DNA from: an uncultured bacterium
Lineage (GTDB): Bacteria > Actinomycetota > Acidimicrobiia > Spongiisociales > UBA5794
Direction: 5' to 3'
Assembly: GCA_963801165.1 (NCBI GenBank)
Contig: CAWDDT010000004.1
Location: forward strand, 32,001 to 96,000
Length of the DNA stretch: 64,000 nucleotides
In this document: positions 21,679-31,807 of the stretch, piece after piece
Layout of the letters: each line of letters starts with the position of its first letter
How positions within the stretch are numbered: the stretch's first letter is position 1
Program-made: the position numbers and the translations under genes
Notes under the pieces: generated by a model
Told to the model about the DNA's origin: nothing
Seen by the model: only the letters and a program-made list of their open reading frames with translations
Databases searched by the model: none

Positions 21679-22470
21679 TCACTCGAGGTTCAGAAAGCGG
21701 AGCCTTGGCAGGACGTGGACGAGCGCACACGACGCCAGGCCAACGCCGAGGGCGGCGGCCGTCACGGTGAGATCGACGGGGATGGCGGCGAAGCCCCAGA
21801 TGATCTGGCCGAGCCCGAATAGGAATATCCCGGCGAGAGCGGCGGCTCCGCCGGTGCCGGCGATGCGGCGCTGCCGGGGAAGCGCCGGTGCGAGCGCGAT
21901 TAGTAGGCAGCCGGCCGCGACCATGATGAACCCGACCGTCATCAGGGCGTCGCCGAGCGGTGTGTCTACGAACGGGTAGTCGTACGGCCAATCTGCTTGG
22001 GTGGGCATGTTCAGAGCCATACCGAGCGTCCCGGTCCCGAGTGCGATGGCGGGCCAGCGCAGCCTCTTGAGGACGACTCGCCGCGGGCTACGGATGAGGG
22101 CGAGCCCTCCAAGTCCAAGCCCGACGGCGCACAACAGGGTCGGCCGCCTTATGTTCGCCGGATAGGCACGGGAGAGCAGTCCGGCCTCGGTCGAGGCCAT
22201 GGCCATGATCGTGAAGACCAGGGCCGCGGGCAGCGCGGTCATGTCGTGTTCGTCGATCCGGCTGAAGATGGCGGCTGGTACGCCCCGGATCGCCCTGCCG
22301 AGCAACCGCACGGTTCCGAAGTCGCGGTGCATCAGCTCCCAATCGCTGTCGGTCTCGAGAAGGATCTCCTTCCGCCTACGGGGTTCCATCCCCCAGGTGA
22401 GGATCCGGGTGAGCCGTCTGGCCGCGGCCAGGGCTATCGGTGAGCGATGGTGTTGCCGTGTCTCCATCAT
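21679..22470 (-). CDS. Hypothetical multi-pass membrane protein, coupled to the PadR gene
   Basis: About 6 hydrophobic segments; start overlaps the PadR stop. Confidence 0.7.
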   Translation of the reverse strand: MMETRQHHRSPIALAAARRLTRILTWGMEPRRRKEILLETDSDWELMHRDFGTVRLLGRAIRGVPAAIFSRIDEHDMTALPAALVFTIMAMASTEAGLLSRAYPANIRRPTLLCAVGLGLGGLALIRSPRRVVLKRLRWPAIALGTGTLGMALNMPTQADWPYDYPFVDTPLGDALMTVGFIMVAAGCLLIALAPALPRQRRIAGTGGAAALAGIFLFGLGQIIWGFAAIPVDLTVTAAALGVGLASCALVHVLPRLRFLNLE

Positions 22471-22838
22471 CAGCTGCTCCCGGGCACCAGCCTGCCCTTG
22501 ACCCAGCTCAGCTGGTGGGCGCGCAGCTCCGCGTGAGCCAGCTCGACACCGGCGCTCGTTATCCAGTAGTAGCGGCGGGGGCGACCTTCACGTCCGTGGG
22601 ATGAAGCCTCTTCGAGGCTCTCCCATTTGCTGGCGAGCGCCCCCCTTTCCTCGAGACGTCGCAGCGCCCGGTACAGGGTTGGTTGCGACATGATCGAGTC
22701 GGTCTGTTCGGTGGCTGCCAGGTGTCGCGCTAGGTCGTAACCGTGGAAACGATCGGTCCCCGTCATCTGGAGGTCGGCTGCGGTCAGCAACAAACGAAGC
22801 TCGTTTCTGACCAAACCGGTCCCTGCTTTTCGTCTCAA
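22470..22838 (-). CDS. PadR family transcriptional regulator
   Basis: FHGYDLAR, TLYRALRRLEERG, W, RPRRYYWITSAG. Confidence 0.88.
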   Translation of the reverse strand: MRRKAGTGLVRNELRLLLTAADLQMTGTDRFHGYDLARHLAATEQTDSIMSQPTLYRALRRLEERGALASKWESLEEASSHGREGRPRRYYWITSAGVELAHAELRAHQLSWVKGRLVPGSS

Positions 22839-23095
22839 GAGTCACTCCAGGTGTTTGGTGCGATTCTGCCCCGATCGGTGTGCCCGAGTCGAATCGCCAG
22901 AATCCGGGCTGGTCCACCATTGGGCGACACCCGGCCATGGCTTTGATATGTAGGTAGGTGCGTTTACGATGGGAGACGAGTCAATGGACGGACGGGTGGT
23001 GACTGTGCCCTTGGCACGTGCGTCGTCCGGGATCGGCAAGGCGGATGCCGAGATAGGTCCACGGGATCCGATAGGGGGGACCCGTGGACTCGTTC

Positions 23096-23200
23096 TTATC
23101 TCAGGTTGAGGGCGATCAGCGGAACCACCAGTCCGATGGCGATGATCGCTCCGGCGATCGCGCCGAGAAGAAGCGATTCTCGTCTGCTCCTGTCCGTCAT
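23096..23200 (-). CDS. Small single-TM protein (34 aa)
   Basis: MTDRSRRESLLLGAIAGAIIAIGLVVPLIALNLR with GAGG upstream. Confidence 0.45.
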   Translation of the reverse strand: MTDRSRRESLLLGAIAGAIIAIGLVVPLIALNLR

Positions 23201-23352
23201 GGCCAAACCTCGTCGACGACTGTTGTGCGGGTGGAACCCTACTATCGCCGGCAACAGGGACTTGCGCTGTACCGGCGCCGATCTAGCGAAGGCGTCGAAA
23301 AGGACACTAATCTTCCGCACGTTGATTCTCCAGCGACGGCGGTAACGACCAG

Positions 23353-23832
23353 ATGACAGGCAAGGACTCGATGGAAAGCACAGGCGCGCCAGAAGACGGG
23401 CAGGACCAGGAGAAATCCTTCTTCGGGCGTGGAGCGTTGCTCGGTCTCATTGGTGGCGCTCTGGTAGCGGTGATGTTGATGGGCGTCATCGGGTCGGTGG
23501 GTTCCCTGATTGATGACGTCTTCGGCTCGGGAACACCGGCGGCAGCCGACGAGCAGAAAGCACCGGTCGATCCCCAGGTGGCGCGTGGCAAGGATCTGGC
23601 TTCCCAGAACGGTTGCGTGGCCTGTCACACCACCAACGGTGTCAATATGACGGGCCCGTCGTGGAAGGGATTGAACGAGACGAGGACCGCCGAGTACATC
23701 AGACAGTCCATCGTTGATCCGAACGCCGACATCGTTGCGGGCTTCACCGCAGACGTCATGCCGCAGACATTCGCGGGCACGCTATCGCCGGACGACATCG
23801 ACGCCCTCGTCGCCTACATACTGTCGCTGTAG
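23353..23832 (+). CDS. Membrane-anchored monoheme cytochrome c
   Basis: TM helix, CVACH, GPSWKGL, distal MP. Confidence 0.9.
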   Translation: MTGKDSMESTGAPEDGQDQEKSFFGRGALLGLIGGALVAVMLMGVIGSVGSLIDDVFGSGTPAAADEQKAPVDPQVARGKDLASQNGCVACHTTNGVNMTGPSWKGLNETRTAEYIRQSIVDPNADIVAGFTADVMPQTFAGTLSPDDIDALVAYILSL

Positions 23833-23960
23833 CTCGCCGGATCGCCGGTCGAGTCAAGCAATCCCCGGCATCTGCACGAAGCAGTGCAGAACACCTGCTT
23901 CCAGCTGCCGGAGGTCTTCATCCTCGAACGAGTCGTTCGGAGTGAGCTCGATCGAGTCGA

Positions 23961-24272
23961 TCACACTCGTTCGATGACTTCGAACTCGAGCAGAGCGGAA
24001 TCGGTGCTCACCGGCGGGCGCTGCGGGGCTCCGGAATCGCCGGTGTGGCCGTGCTGGAACGCCTGGGAGTTGAGCCAGTTCTGAAAGTCGTCCTCTGTCG
24101 TCCAGCGGGTATAGACGAAATAGCGACTCTCGCCCTTTGTGGGTCGTAGCAACTCGAAGCCCTCGAAGCCGGGCATGTTCTCGACGGCGCCTAACCGGGC
24201 GGCGAAACGCTTCTCCAACTCGGCACCGGCTCCCTCGGGAACAGCGATTGCGTTGATCTTGACGACACTCAT
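23961..24272 (-). CDS. mhuD: ABM-family heme-degrading monooxygenase (MhuD-like)
   Basis: MSVVKINAIAVPEGAGAELEKRFA..VENMPGF..LLRP..RYFV..LLEFEV; AAGGAGG RBS. Confidence 0.8.
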   Translation of the reverse strand: MSVVKINAIAVPEGAGAELEKRFAARLGAVENMPGFEGFELLRPTKGESRYFVYTRWTTEDDFQNWLNSQAFQHGHTGDSGAPQRPPVSTDSALLEFEVIERV

Positions 24273-24376
24273 CAGGTGTACCTCCTTCAGGCCCATTATC
24301 ACCGCATTGGCGTTTGAGTTTGTCGGTCGCGGGGAGTCCGTCGAATGAGGCCACCGTCTTGATAGCCTGAGACCTC

Positions 24377-24772
24377 ATGGAGAAGAATGTTCTTGGTTCA
24401 GAGCTCGAGAGCTGTGGCACGGATCCGGTGACCGGCTGGTTCCGGGACGGGTCGTGCCGGACCGGTCCCGGAGACCGGGGGAGCCACACAATCTGCGCTG
24501 TCGTGAGCAGCGAGTTTCTCGAGCATCAGCGAAGCATCGGCAACGATCTGGTCACGGCCATGCCGCAATACCGATTCCCCGGGTTGTCGCCCGGTGACCG
24601 CTGGTGTGTCACCGCTCCCAACTGGCTGCGGGCGCACCTCGACGGCGCGGCGTCGCCGGTAGTGCTTGCCGCCACTCACGAGAGCGTGCTCGATATCGTG
24701 CCGCTGGATGTGCTGCAACGGTACGCGGTCGACGTACCTCCCGATCTGAGCGGTCTCGAGGTCGAAGGGTGA
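24377..24772 (+). CDS. DUF2237 family protein
   Basis: NVLG..C.TDPVTGWFRDGSC, GSHTICA, PGDRWCV. Confidence 0.88.
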   Translation: MEKNVLGSELESCGTDPVTGWFRDGSCRTGPGDRGSHTICAVVSSEFLEHQRSIGNDLVTAMPQYRFPGLSPGDRWCVTAPNWLRAHLDGAASPVVLAATHESVLDIVPLDVLQRYAVDVPPDLSGLEVEG

Positions 24773-24778
24773 GAAAAC

Positions 24779-25963
24779 CTACGGGGTGATGGTCACCGTG
24801 ACGCCGCCCTCGGCGATGATTCGGGCCGCTCGGGAGGCGATCGTGCCGTCTTCGATCAGGGCGTACAGGTTCTCGCCCGGGCAAGTCGTCGCAGCCAGGT
24901 CGCGATGACCGTTGACGGTCGCAACGCCTACATCGAACTGTTGTGAGCCCCACGCCACCATTTCGGCCAGCATCTCGACTTGCTCCGGCGTCGGTGTTAC
25001 TACGTCGAAGTCACCCTCGACCACGATCAGCAGGTGGCCCCGAGGGTCATACTCCGTGGCGGTGTCTCCGGCGGCGGTGTAGGGGCGTCCCTCGTAGACC
25101 TTGCCGTCGAGGCCGACGATGAAGTGATAGGCGATATCGGGCCAACCCAAATGGAAGTGCCAGTTCTGCCACGAGCGGAACTGGGCGGGCCCGGTGAGCC
25201 CGTCCCAGCTTCCGGCGTGATGAATGGTGATCTGATCTATATGGTGGCTGGTGTAGGTGCCGCGGGCAGGTGCTGCATCCCACTGTTCCCGGCTGACGAC
25301 CCTGATCTGATATGCACGTGCGGTCACGGGGATCAGGTCCAGGTGGAGAGCGCGCGCCAGGAAGGTCGCCATTTCGGCTCGGGTCACGGGCCTTGTGGGG
25401 CAGAACTCGTCGTTTTCAGGCGGGTTGCAGCCGAGTGTGATACCGGCCAGGTGAATCCGCTCGATGGCGTTCTCAAAGACCGAACCGTGGTCATCGGTGA
25501 AGGTATCCGCCCCGGAGTCGGGGAGAGCGAGTGCCCGAGCCAGGAACGCCGCCATTTCGCCCCGGGTAACCGGCTGCTCGGGACAGAACCGGTCGTTGTC
25601 GGGAGGGTTGCAGCCATAGGTGATTGCGGCTGTGGCGAGACGATCGACGTCGCTGGAGAAGACCGAGTCATCGGTATCGATGAACCCCGCATCTTCCGCT
25701 CCAGGGAGATCGAGCGCCCGCCCCAGGAACGCCGCCATCTCGCCGCGGGTCACCGGGTCGTCGGGGCAGAATCGCGTTCCGAATGGGGGATTGCAACCCC
25801 GCGTAATCCCGGCCAGGGCAATGGCTTCGATGGCGCCCTGGTGCGGACTCGAGTCGTCGTCGACGAACGTCCCACCCGGGGGCAGAGTGCCTGCGCTGCC
25901 GGCCACAGGGCCCATGAGGGCCAGGACGATGGTGGCGAGGGTGAGCCGGATAGCCGTATGCAT
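24779..25963 (-). CDS. Secreted SLH-domain protein with a C-terminal N-acetylmuramoyl-L-alanine amidase (PGRP-like) domain
   Basis: Signal peptide; three GIT.GCNPP..FCP..VTR.EMA repeats; ITIHH, WPDIAYHF, YEGR, GHRD..TTCPG. Confidence 0.88.
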   Translation of the reverse strand: MHTAIRLTLATIVLALMGPVAGSAGTLPPGGTFVDDDSSPHQGAIEAIALAGITRGCNPPFGTRFCPDDPVTRGEMAAFLGRALDLPGAEDAGFIDTDDSVFSSDVDRLATAAITYGCNPPDNDRFCPEQPVTRGEMAAFLARALALPDSGADTFTDDHGSVFENAIERIHLAGITLGCNPPENDEFCPTRPVTRAEMATFLARALHLDLIPVTARAYQIRVVSREQWDAAPARGTYTSHHIDQITIHHAGSWDGLTGPAQFRSWQNWHFHLGWPDIAYHFIVGLDGKVYEGRPYTAAGDTATEYDPRGHLLIVVEGDFDVVTPTPEQVEMLAEMVAWGSQQFDVGVATVNGHRDLAATTCPGENLYALIEDGTIASRAARIIAEGGVTVTITP

Positions 25964-26052
25964 GCCAACAACGGTACAAAAAGATGCGCGAACTCCCAAT
26001 AGTGGGGTGGTGATGCTTAAAGGGATAGCCATCTCGTGTCGATAGGCGTTTT

Positions 26053-26844
26053 GTGAGCTCTGTAGACAGCGGTAACACGCAGACCGATAATCAGCACGAC
26101 TTCACGATCGCCCGCAAAGGCTATGAGCCCGTTGAGGTTGATCGCCTCCTCGCCGAGTACGAGGAAGCTCTTCGCGAGTTGGAGGACTACGCGGCCAGGC
26201 TCAATCTGGAGCTGAAAGAAGCCCGGCTCGAGATCTCACGCCTGGAGGCAGGCGAGCAAGAGTCGGTGGACCGGGCCATGCTCGCCGTGTTCGATGCCAA
26301 AGAACGCATCATGGAGCGTGCGTTGGAGCGGGCTCGTGAGATCGAAGAGGCGGCTCGGCACTCTGCGGGTCTGGCAGGACCCTTGCTAGAGCCCGATCCG
26401 GTGCGGGCGACCCCCGAACCATTGGCCGAGGCCGTCGCTCTTGCCATCTCCGGCGAATCGGTCGACCCCGAAACCGTCCTCGACAAGATGCTCGTAGAGG
26501 CGGAAGCCATACGGAACCGGCTCGACAGCGGCCTCGCGGCCGCCTTTGACCACATGGAGAAGGTGCAGCGCGACGCCGAGGTGCGAGCTGCCGACCTGAT
26601 CGCCGACGCCCGCCGTGAAGCTGCGCTGCTCAAAGCGGCGGCTGCGGCCCGCGGGCCGGAGGTCGAGACCGCCATCGCAGTGAACCTGTCCGGAGACACC
26701 GCTCCCGGGCCGGAGCGCCCATCGCGGTATTCGCGCCACACAGCGCGGCTTCCCCGTCTCGGTGAGGACGCGGGCCCGTCGGTCCTGGCTTCCATGAACG
26801 GTCTTCGCACGAAGCTGCGCGAGAGCGGGAATTCCTCGCCCTGA
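26053..26844 (+). CDS. DivIVA-domain coiled-coil protein
   Basis: FTIARKGYEPVEVDRLL followed by coiled coil. Confidence 0.78.
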   Translation: MSSVDSGNTQTDNQHDFTIARKGYEPVEVDRLLAEYEEALRELEDYAARLNLELKEARLEISRLEAGEQESVDRAMLAVFDAKERIMERALERAREIEEAARHSAGLAGPLLEPDPVRATPEPLAEAVALAISGESVDPETVLDKMLVEAEAIRNRLDSGLAAAFDHMEKVQRDAEVRAADLIADARREAALLKAAAAARGPEVETAIAVNLSGDTAPGPERPSRYSRHTARLPRLGEDAGPSVLASMNGLRTKLRESGNSSP

Positions 26845-26864
26845 CCGCACCTCCGGGACCGTTT

Positions 26865-29495
26865 ATGCTCACTGAATCACGAGGGAGGAACCGGGTGGGC
26901 TCGTTTTCCCGACGCGGGGCGCAAATCATCGGAACAGCTGCAGTCGTCGTCCTGATCATGGGTGGGACAACGGCCGGAGCCGTTGAGCCCGGCGGTGCCG
27001 TCGCCGCCGCTAGGGGCATCGAAGCCCCGAACCTGACCAGCGACACCCGATTCGAGGTAGCCCCGGCTTCGAGCTTTGATGAGCTCGACGCGGTCGCCGT
27101 CGCCGACGGCTCGGTGCGGGTCATCGTCACTCTGCGCACACGGTGGGTGCCCGGGCAGCTGCTCGGTGGGTTCGATCGGGCGGCCCAGGCCAGCACGATC
27201 CACGATCTCCAGCAGCATGTCATCGACCGGTTGCAGGATCACAGCAGCCGGGTGACGCATCGCTACGACTACCTCCCGGCATTGGCCATGGAGCTCGACC
27301 GCGGTGGCTTGGCCGAGCTGCGTGCGTCGGGTCTCGCCGCCCGGGTACAGCTCGATGAGGTCGACCGGGTAGAGCTGAGCGAGTCGGTACCGCTCGTCAA
27401 CGCCGATGACGTCTGGGCGCTGGGCTACGACGGCGACGGTGAGTCGGTGGCGGTTCTCGACACCGGTGTTGATCGAACCCACACGTTTCTGTCGGGCCGG
27501 GTGGTCGGGGAGGCGTGCTTCAGTGCGTACGGCGACTGTCCCAACGGTATGACCGAGCAGCACGGCACGGGTGCCGCAGCCCCATGCGACTACCACGCGG
27601 CTTGTGAGCATGGGACACACGTCGCCGGGATTGCCGCGGGCGACGATCGGCCGACCCTCGCCGGGGTTGCCCCGGGGGCAGACGTGGTCGCCGTCCAGGT
27701 GTTCTCCAACTACCTGGGCGCACCCGCGTCGTTCACCTCAGATCAGCTGAAGGCACTCGAGTACGTCTACTCGGTGCGCGATACCTACAGCATCGCCTCG
27801 GTGAACATGAGCCTCGGCGGCGACCCGACCCACAAGCACGCCTGCGACGACGACGTCCGCAAACTGGCCATCGACAACCTGCTCGGTGCCGGGATCGTCA
27901 CCGTCATCGCCGCCGGGAACGACGGTCAGGACGACTACGTCAGCGCACCGGGGTGTATCTCGACGGCGGTCACCGTCGCCAGCAGCACCAAGAGCGACAT
28001 ACTCTCCGATTTCTCAAACGCAGGCCCGATGGTCGACGTTATCGCCCCGGGATCGTCTATTTACTCCTCCATTCCCGGTGGCTGGGCCACCTACAGCGGG
28101 ACGTCGATGGCGACGCCGCACGTTGCCGGGGCATGGGCCTTGCTCAAACAGGCCTACCCGGATGCCGCGGTCGACGACATCCTCGCCGCCATGAAGTACT
28201 CGCCTGTCACCGTTTCGGCCGCGGGGCGCGACCTGCCGCGGCTCGACGTCGCAGATGCGCTCACCCGACTCGCCGATCCGTGGCCTGCGAATGACCCGTA
28301 CGCAGATGCGATCACATTGACGTCACCGGTGACGCTGGCCGCTGCGACAGGACGGGCGACGACCGAGTCATGGGAACCGGTGGTGTGCGCGGACCCCGGC
28401 AGCGAGACCGTCACAGATATCGGAGCCACCATCTGGTACCGGCTGGACCCGGCGTATCACACCGAGGTGACCATCGATACCGCCGGGAGCGACTTCGATA
28501 CCACGCTGGGCCTGTATCAGGGCTCGAGCCTCGACACCCTGACGCCGGTCGCATGCGGCGACGACTTCGGAGTCGACCTCCAGGCCAGACTCGTCGCCGC
28601 GGTGGTCGGAGATGCCACATACTGGCTCCAGGTGGGGGGGTATCTCGGCGATACCGGCAACCTCGCCCTCAACATCTCCGACAGCGGTGACATCTCGGAT
28701 CCCCCGACCTGGCCGAGCACCGCGCTCACCGCGACGAACGTTCTGAAGAATGCGATCACCGTGTCGTGGCCGGCGGCATCAGATGACGATGCTGTGACCG
28801 GTTACCGGGTGTATCTGGACGGAACCCTGAAGACGACGACGACCTCGAGAACGTACACCGTGCAGGGTCTCCAGTCGAACCACTCGTACCATTTCGAGAT
28901 CGAGGCGGTCGATCCGGGCGGCCACCACACGGTTGGCCCCACCGGGACCGTCACAACGGCCCGCGATTTCATCGATACCGATGGCCTGGTCTTCGAGGAG
29001 GACATCGAGTGGTTGTCCGGTGCGGGGATAACCCAGGGCTGTAATCCGCCGGCGAACGACATGTTCTGCCCGAACGGCAATGTGACTCGTGGTCAGATGG
29101 CGGCGTTTCTGGTGCGGGCGTTGGGGTTGACGGATCGGGGGTCTGTCGATTTTGTTGATGATGACGGATCGCTTTTCGAGGCGAGCATCGAGATGCTGGC
29201 TACGGCGGGGATCACCAAAGGTTGTAATCCGCCGGTGAACGACATGTTCTGCCCGAACGGCAATGTGACTCGTGGTCAGATGGCGGCGTTTCTGGTGCGG
29301 GCGTTGGGGTTGACGGATCGGGGGTCTGTCGATTTTGTTGATGATGACGGATCGCTTTTCGAGGCGAGCATCGAGATGCTGGCTACGGCGGGGATCACCA
29401 AAGGTTGTAATCCGCCGGTGAACGACATGTTCTGCCCGAACGGCAATGTGACTCGTGGTCAGATGGCGGCGTTCCTGCGGCGAGCTCTCGGGTGA
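26865..29495 (+). CDS. S8 subtilase with FN3 and C-terminal SLH repeats
   Basis: VAVLDTG, HGTHVAGIAAG, AAGNDG, SGTSMATPHVAG; FN3 (VSWPAA..VTGYRVY); SLH tail; start uncertain. Confidence 0.92.
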   Translation: MLTESRGRNRVGSFSRRGAQIIGTAAVVVLIMGGTTAGAVEPGGAVAAARGIEAPNLTSDTRFEVAPASSFDELDAVAVADGSVRVIVTLRTRWVPGQLLGGFDRAAQASTIHDLQQHVIDRLQDHSSRVTHRYDYLPALAMELDRGGLAELRASGLAARVQLDEVDRVELSESVPLVNADDVWALGYDGDGESVAVLDTGVDRTHTFLSGRVVGEACFSAYGDCPNGMTEQHGTGAAAPCDYHAACEHGTHVAGIAAGDDRPTLAGVAPGADVVAVQVFSNYLGAPASFTSDQLKALEYVYSVRDTYSIASVNMSLGGDPTHKHACDDDVRKLAIDNLLGAGIVTVIAAGNDGQDDYVSAPGCISTAVTVASSTKSDILSDFSNAGPMVDVIAPGSSIYSSIPGGWATYSGTSMATPHVAGAWALLKQAYPDAAVDDILAAMKYSPVTVSAAGRDLPRLDVADALTRLADPWPANDPYADAITLTSPVTLAAATGRATTESWEPVVCADPGSETVTDIGATIWYRLDPAYHTEVTIDTAGSDFDTTLGLYQGSSLDTLTPVACGDDFGVDLQARLVAAVVGDATYWLQVGGYLGDTGNLALNISDSGDISDPPTWPSTALTATNVLKNAITVSWPAASDDDAVTGYRVYLDGTLKTTTTSRTYTVQGLQSNHSYHFEIEAVDPGGHHTVGPTGTVTTARDFIDTDGLVFEEDIEWLSGAGITQGCNPPANDMFCPNGNVTRGQMAAFLVRALGLTDRGSVDFVDDDGSLFEASIEMLATAGITKGCNPPVNDMFCPNGNVTRGQMAAFLVRALGLTDRGSVDFVDDDGSLFEASIEMLATAGITKGCNPPVNDMFCPNGNVTRGQMAAFLRRALG
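29040..29473 (+). repeat. Near-perfect 183-nt intragenic tandem repeat (about 2.4 copies) encoding SLH units
   Basis: GTAATCCGCCGG recurs at 29041, 29224 and 29407; units are almost identical at DNA level. Confidence 0.92.
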
Positions 29496-29502
29496 GCCCG
29501 TC

Positions 29503-30219
29503 TCAGTGTGCCCGGTCGAAAACGACTACATCCGAGATGCGGGGATGGATGCTGAGGCGGTGCCGGAGCGCCGTGGCGCTGCCGCGCTCGGCCGGACCGA
29601 CCTTGGTGATGGCTACAACAACCCGGGCCGTGTCGGGGCAGGCGCGGAGGATGCCGTTCGGGTGGGTGAGGATGTGGGCGCAGTCGGCCGCGGTCAGCAC
29701 GTGGTGGGGCAGGAGCCCGGTGAAAGCAATCGCCTGCTCGATACGATGGGCTACGTCGGCAAGCGGTTTGCCGACGGCATCGACACCGATCAGGATGACG
29801 ACTGTGGTGGTTGCCGGGGGAACCACCGGTTCATGGTCCGCAGGCGCCTTGAGCGGTCGTCCCCGCGAGCCGTCAGCTTCGACGATTATGTAGTCGGCCC
29901 CGGATTCGGCGAATACCCGGTCGACGACGTCCGGCGGCGGGCCCGTGACCTTATGGCCGGCACCCTCGTCGAGAAGCATGACCGGGCCCGGCTGATCGAG
30001 TGCGTCCACGACGCAGTCGATGTCTGACGACCAGCAGATGGTCGGGGCCATCGTTGCCTGGGTGCGTCCCATCTTGGTCGTGGTGGTCAGGATGACCCTT
30101 TTGCCTTCGCCGGCGAGCTCGGTGCCGAGGGCAAATAGAAGGGTCGATTTGCCACCTCCACCAACCAGCGCCACCAGCTCCCGGTCGCCCAGCCCGAGCC
30201 GCTCGCGGTAGGAGATCAC
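29503..30219 (-). CDS. yqeC: Selenium cofactor biosynthesis protein YqeC
   Basis: LVGGGGKSTLL, TTTTKM, IVEADGSRGRPLKAPADHEPVVP; GTGA overlap with the yqeB stop. Confidence 0.9.
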   Translation of the reverse strand: MISYRERLGLGDRELVALVGGGGKSTLLFALGTELAGEGKRVILTTTTKMGRTQATMAPTICWSSDIDCVVDALDQPGPVMLLDEGAGHKVTGPPPDVVDRVFAESGADYIIVEADGSRGRPLKAPADHEPVVPPATTTVVILIGVDAVGKPLADVAHRIEQAIAFTGLLPHHVLTAADCAHILTHPNGILRACPDTARVVVAITKVGPAERGSATALRHRLSIHPRISDVVVFDRAH

Positions 30220-31019
30220 CTGCGGTTGTCGAGCCACGTGAGCACAGCCTCGACGACACCGCCACCGATCGAAAGTGCTTCGTCGGAGATCTCGAAGCAG
30301 GCGCGGGTGTCTGCGTGCGGATCGACTTCGGCGATCTTCCAGTTCCACTCGACCTCGTACCCTGCGGGAAGCTGCCCCCGCACCACCCCGCCGATGCGCG
30401 AGCGAACCGGGACGCCGTTGATGTCGCCGAGTACGTCGCCGACCGCTACGAGGTCACCAATGGCGACTTTCCATTCGAGCACTCCGAAAGTCGGTGCGCG
30501 GATGATTCGCTCGGAGGGTTTGCCACCTGGCCAACCGGGCTCGCCCGGCGTCGCCGTGGGGGACCCGTCCCATATGACCCTTCCCAGGAAGTGGCCGCGC
30601 ATTGTCTCGATGACCGCGTGACAGTCGATACCGGCGGTGAACCCGGGTCCGAGACCGAGAACGAGGGGAGCGTCGGCGATCGTGGTGTCGATGTTCGCTT
30701 TGGCATGGCGAGCGTCGACGACGACCGACGGTTCCCACGGAAGCTGGATGAGTGTCGGGCTGACCAAGACCGGAACGGCACCGGAGCGAGCAACCTCGAG
30801 AGCCTCATCGACATCCTGGATGTAGATGGCGTCGAGGTCCTCGATCAGGGCGCGGCCATCGACGATCGCGGCCGCCACGGCTACGCTACGCCGGATCGCC
30901 AGCGGCTGGTCCAGCTCGAACACAACAACGGGAAAACCCGCCCGGCGCAGCCGGTATATGGCACCGGTCGCAAGATCGCCCCCTCCACGAAACACGACGA
31001 GATGGTCGCCGAACAACAT
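30216..31019 (-). CDS. yqeB: Selenium-dependent molybdenum hydroxylase system protein YqeB
   Basis: RGGGDLATG, AIRRSVA, VVDAR..K, GLGPGFTAG, VIETMRGH.LG; GAGGAG RBS. Confidence 0.9.
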   Translation of the reverse strand: MLFGDHLVVFRGGGDLATGAIYRLRRAGFPVVVFELDQPLAIRRSVAVAAAIVDGRALIEDLDAIYIQDVDEALEVARSGAVPVLVSPTLIQLPWEPSVVVDARHAKANIDTTIADAPLVLGLGPGFTAGIDCHAVIETMRGHFLGRVIWDGSPTATPGEPGWPGGKPSERIIRAPTFGVLEWKVAIGDLVAVGDVLGDINGVPVRSRIGGVVRGQLPAGYEVEWNWKIAEVDPHADTRACFEISDEALSIGGGVVEAVLTWLDNRR

Positions 31020-31195
31020 CAGTGCTCCTCTCCAACGCCGGGACGTTACGGGTGGGCGCACCGTTCGAGTCCGTCTCGCCATCGCCGCTGTCCGAGGCGG
31101 TCACGAAGGATAGTTGCCGCAGACGCGGCCATCCCGTTTCTGTGCCGAGCTTGTGGGCAAGGGTATGGTGCGGCAGTCGGGAAGCGAGATGAGGT

Positions 31196-31807
31196 GTGAC
31201 GGACGTGGGCGACGTCGGGGGCATGGTGCTGGCGGCAGGGCTCTCGGAGCGGATGGACGGCCCGTTGCCCAAGCAGCTACTCCCGTTGGGGGCGCGCACG
31301 ATTGCGGAACAAACCGTCCGGAACGTCGAGGCGTCACGGCTAGATCGAGTCGTTGTAGTCACGGGGTATCGGGCGGAGGAGGTTGCGGCCAGCGTCGCCG
31401 GCGGTCGCGCCCTGGTAGTCGAGAATCCGGACTACCGGTCGGGCAACCTCTCATCCTTCCGGGCCGGCGCCGCGGAGCTCGAGGATTGCGAGGCGGTTGT
31501 GGTCACGTTGGCAGACATGCCGGGGGTGACAACGGAGATGATCGATCGGCTTGTCCAGGAATGGCACCGGCACCACCCGTGGGCGGCCTGGTCCTCGTAT
31601 CACGACGGCCCCGCACACCCGCTGCTGTTCTCGGCACGAGCACTCCGGGAGGCCGCGGCGACAGAAGGGGCCAAAGGGGTTTGGCGGTTCCTCGAGTCGG
31701 CACCCGCCGGTGCGGTCTTGCCGGTTGCCTTTGCGATGGACGCGCCCTCCGACCTCAACACGAGGTCCGAATACGAGCGCATGTTCCGCGATCAAGCGCC
31801 TTCCTGA
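31196..31807 (+). CDS. mocA: MocA/YgfJ-like molybdenum cofactor nucleotidyltransferase
   Basis: VLAAGLSERM..KQLLP, NPDY..G, LADMP, HPLLF; divergent from yqeB. Confidence 0.8.
   Translation: MTDVGDVGGMVLAAGLSERMDGPLPKQLLPLGARTIAEQTVRNVEASRLDRVVVVTGYRAEEVAASVAGGRALVVENPDYRSGNLSSFRAGAAELEDCEAVVVTLADMPGVTTEMIDRLVQEWHRHHPWAAWSSYHDGPAHPLLFSARALREAAATEGAKGVWRFLESAPAGAVLPVAFAMDAPSDLNTRSEYERMFRDQAPS

Noticed and set aside
29040-29473. 183-nt repeats as a CRISPR array or DGR template/variable repeats
   Set aside because: They are in-frame coding repeats without spacers, and no cas or reverse transcriptase gene is in the window
31055-31085. GTTCGAGTCC resembling a tRNA T-loop
   Set aside because: The flanks form neither a T-stem nor a cloverleaf
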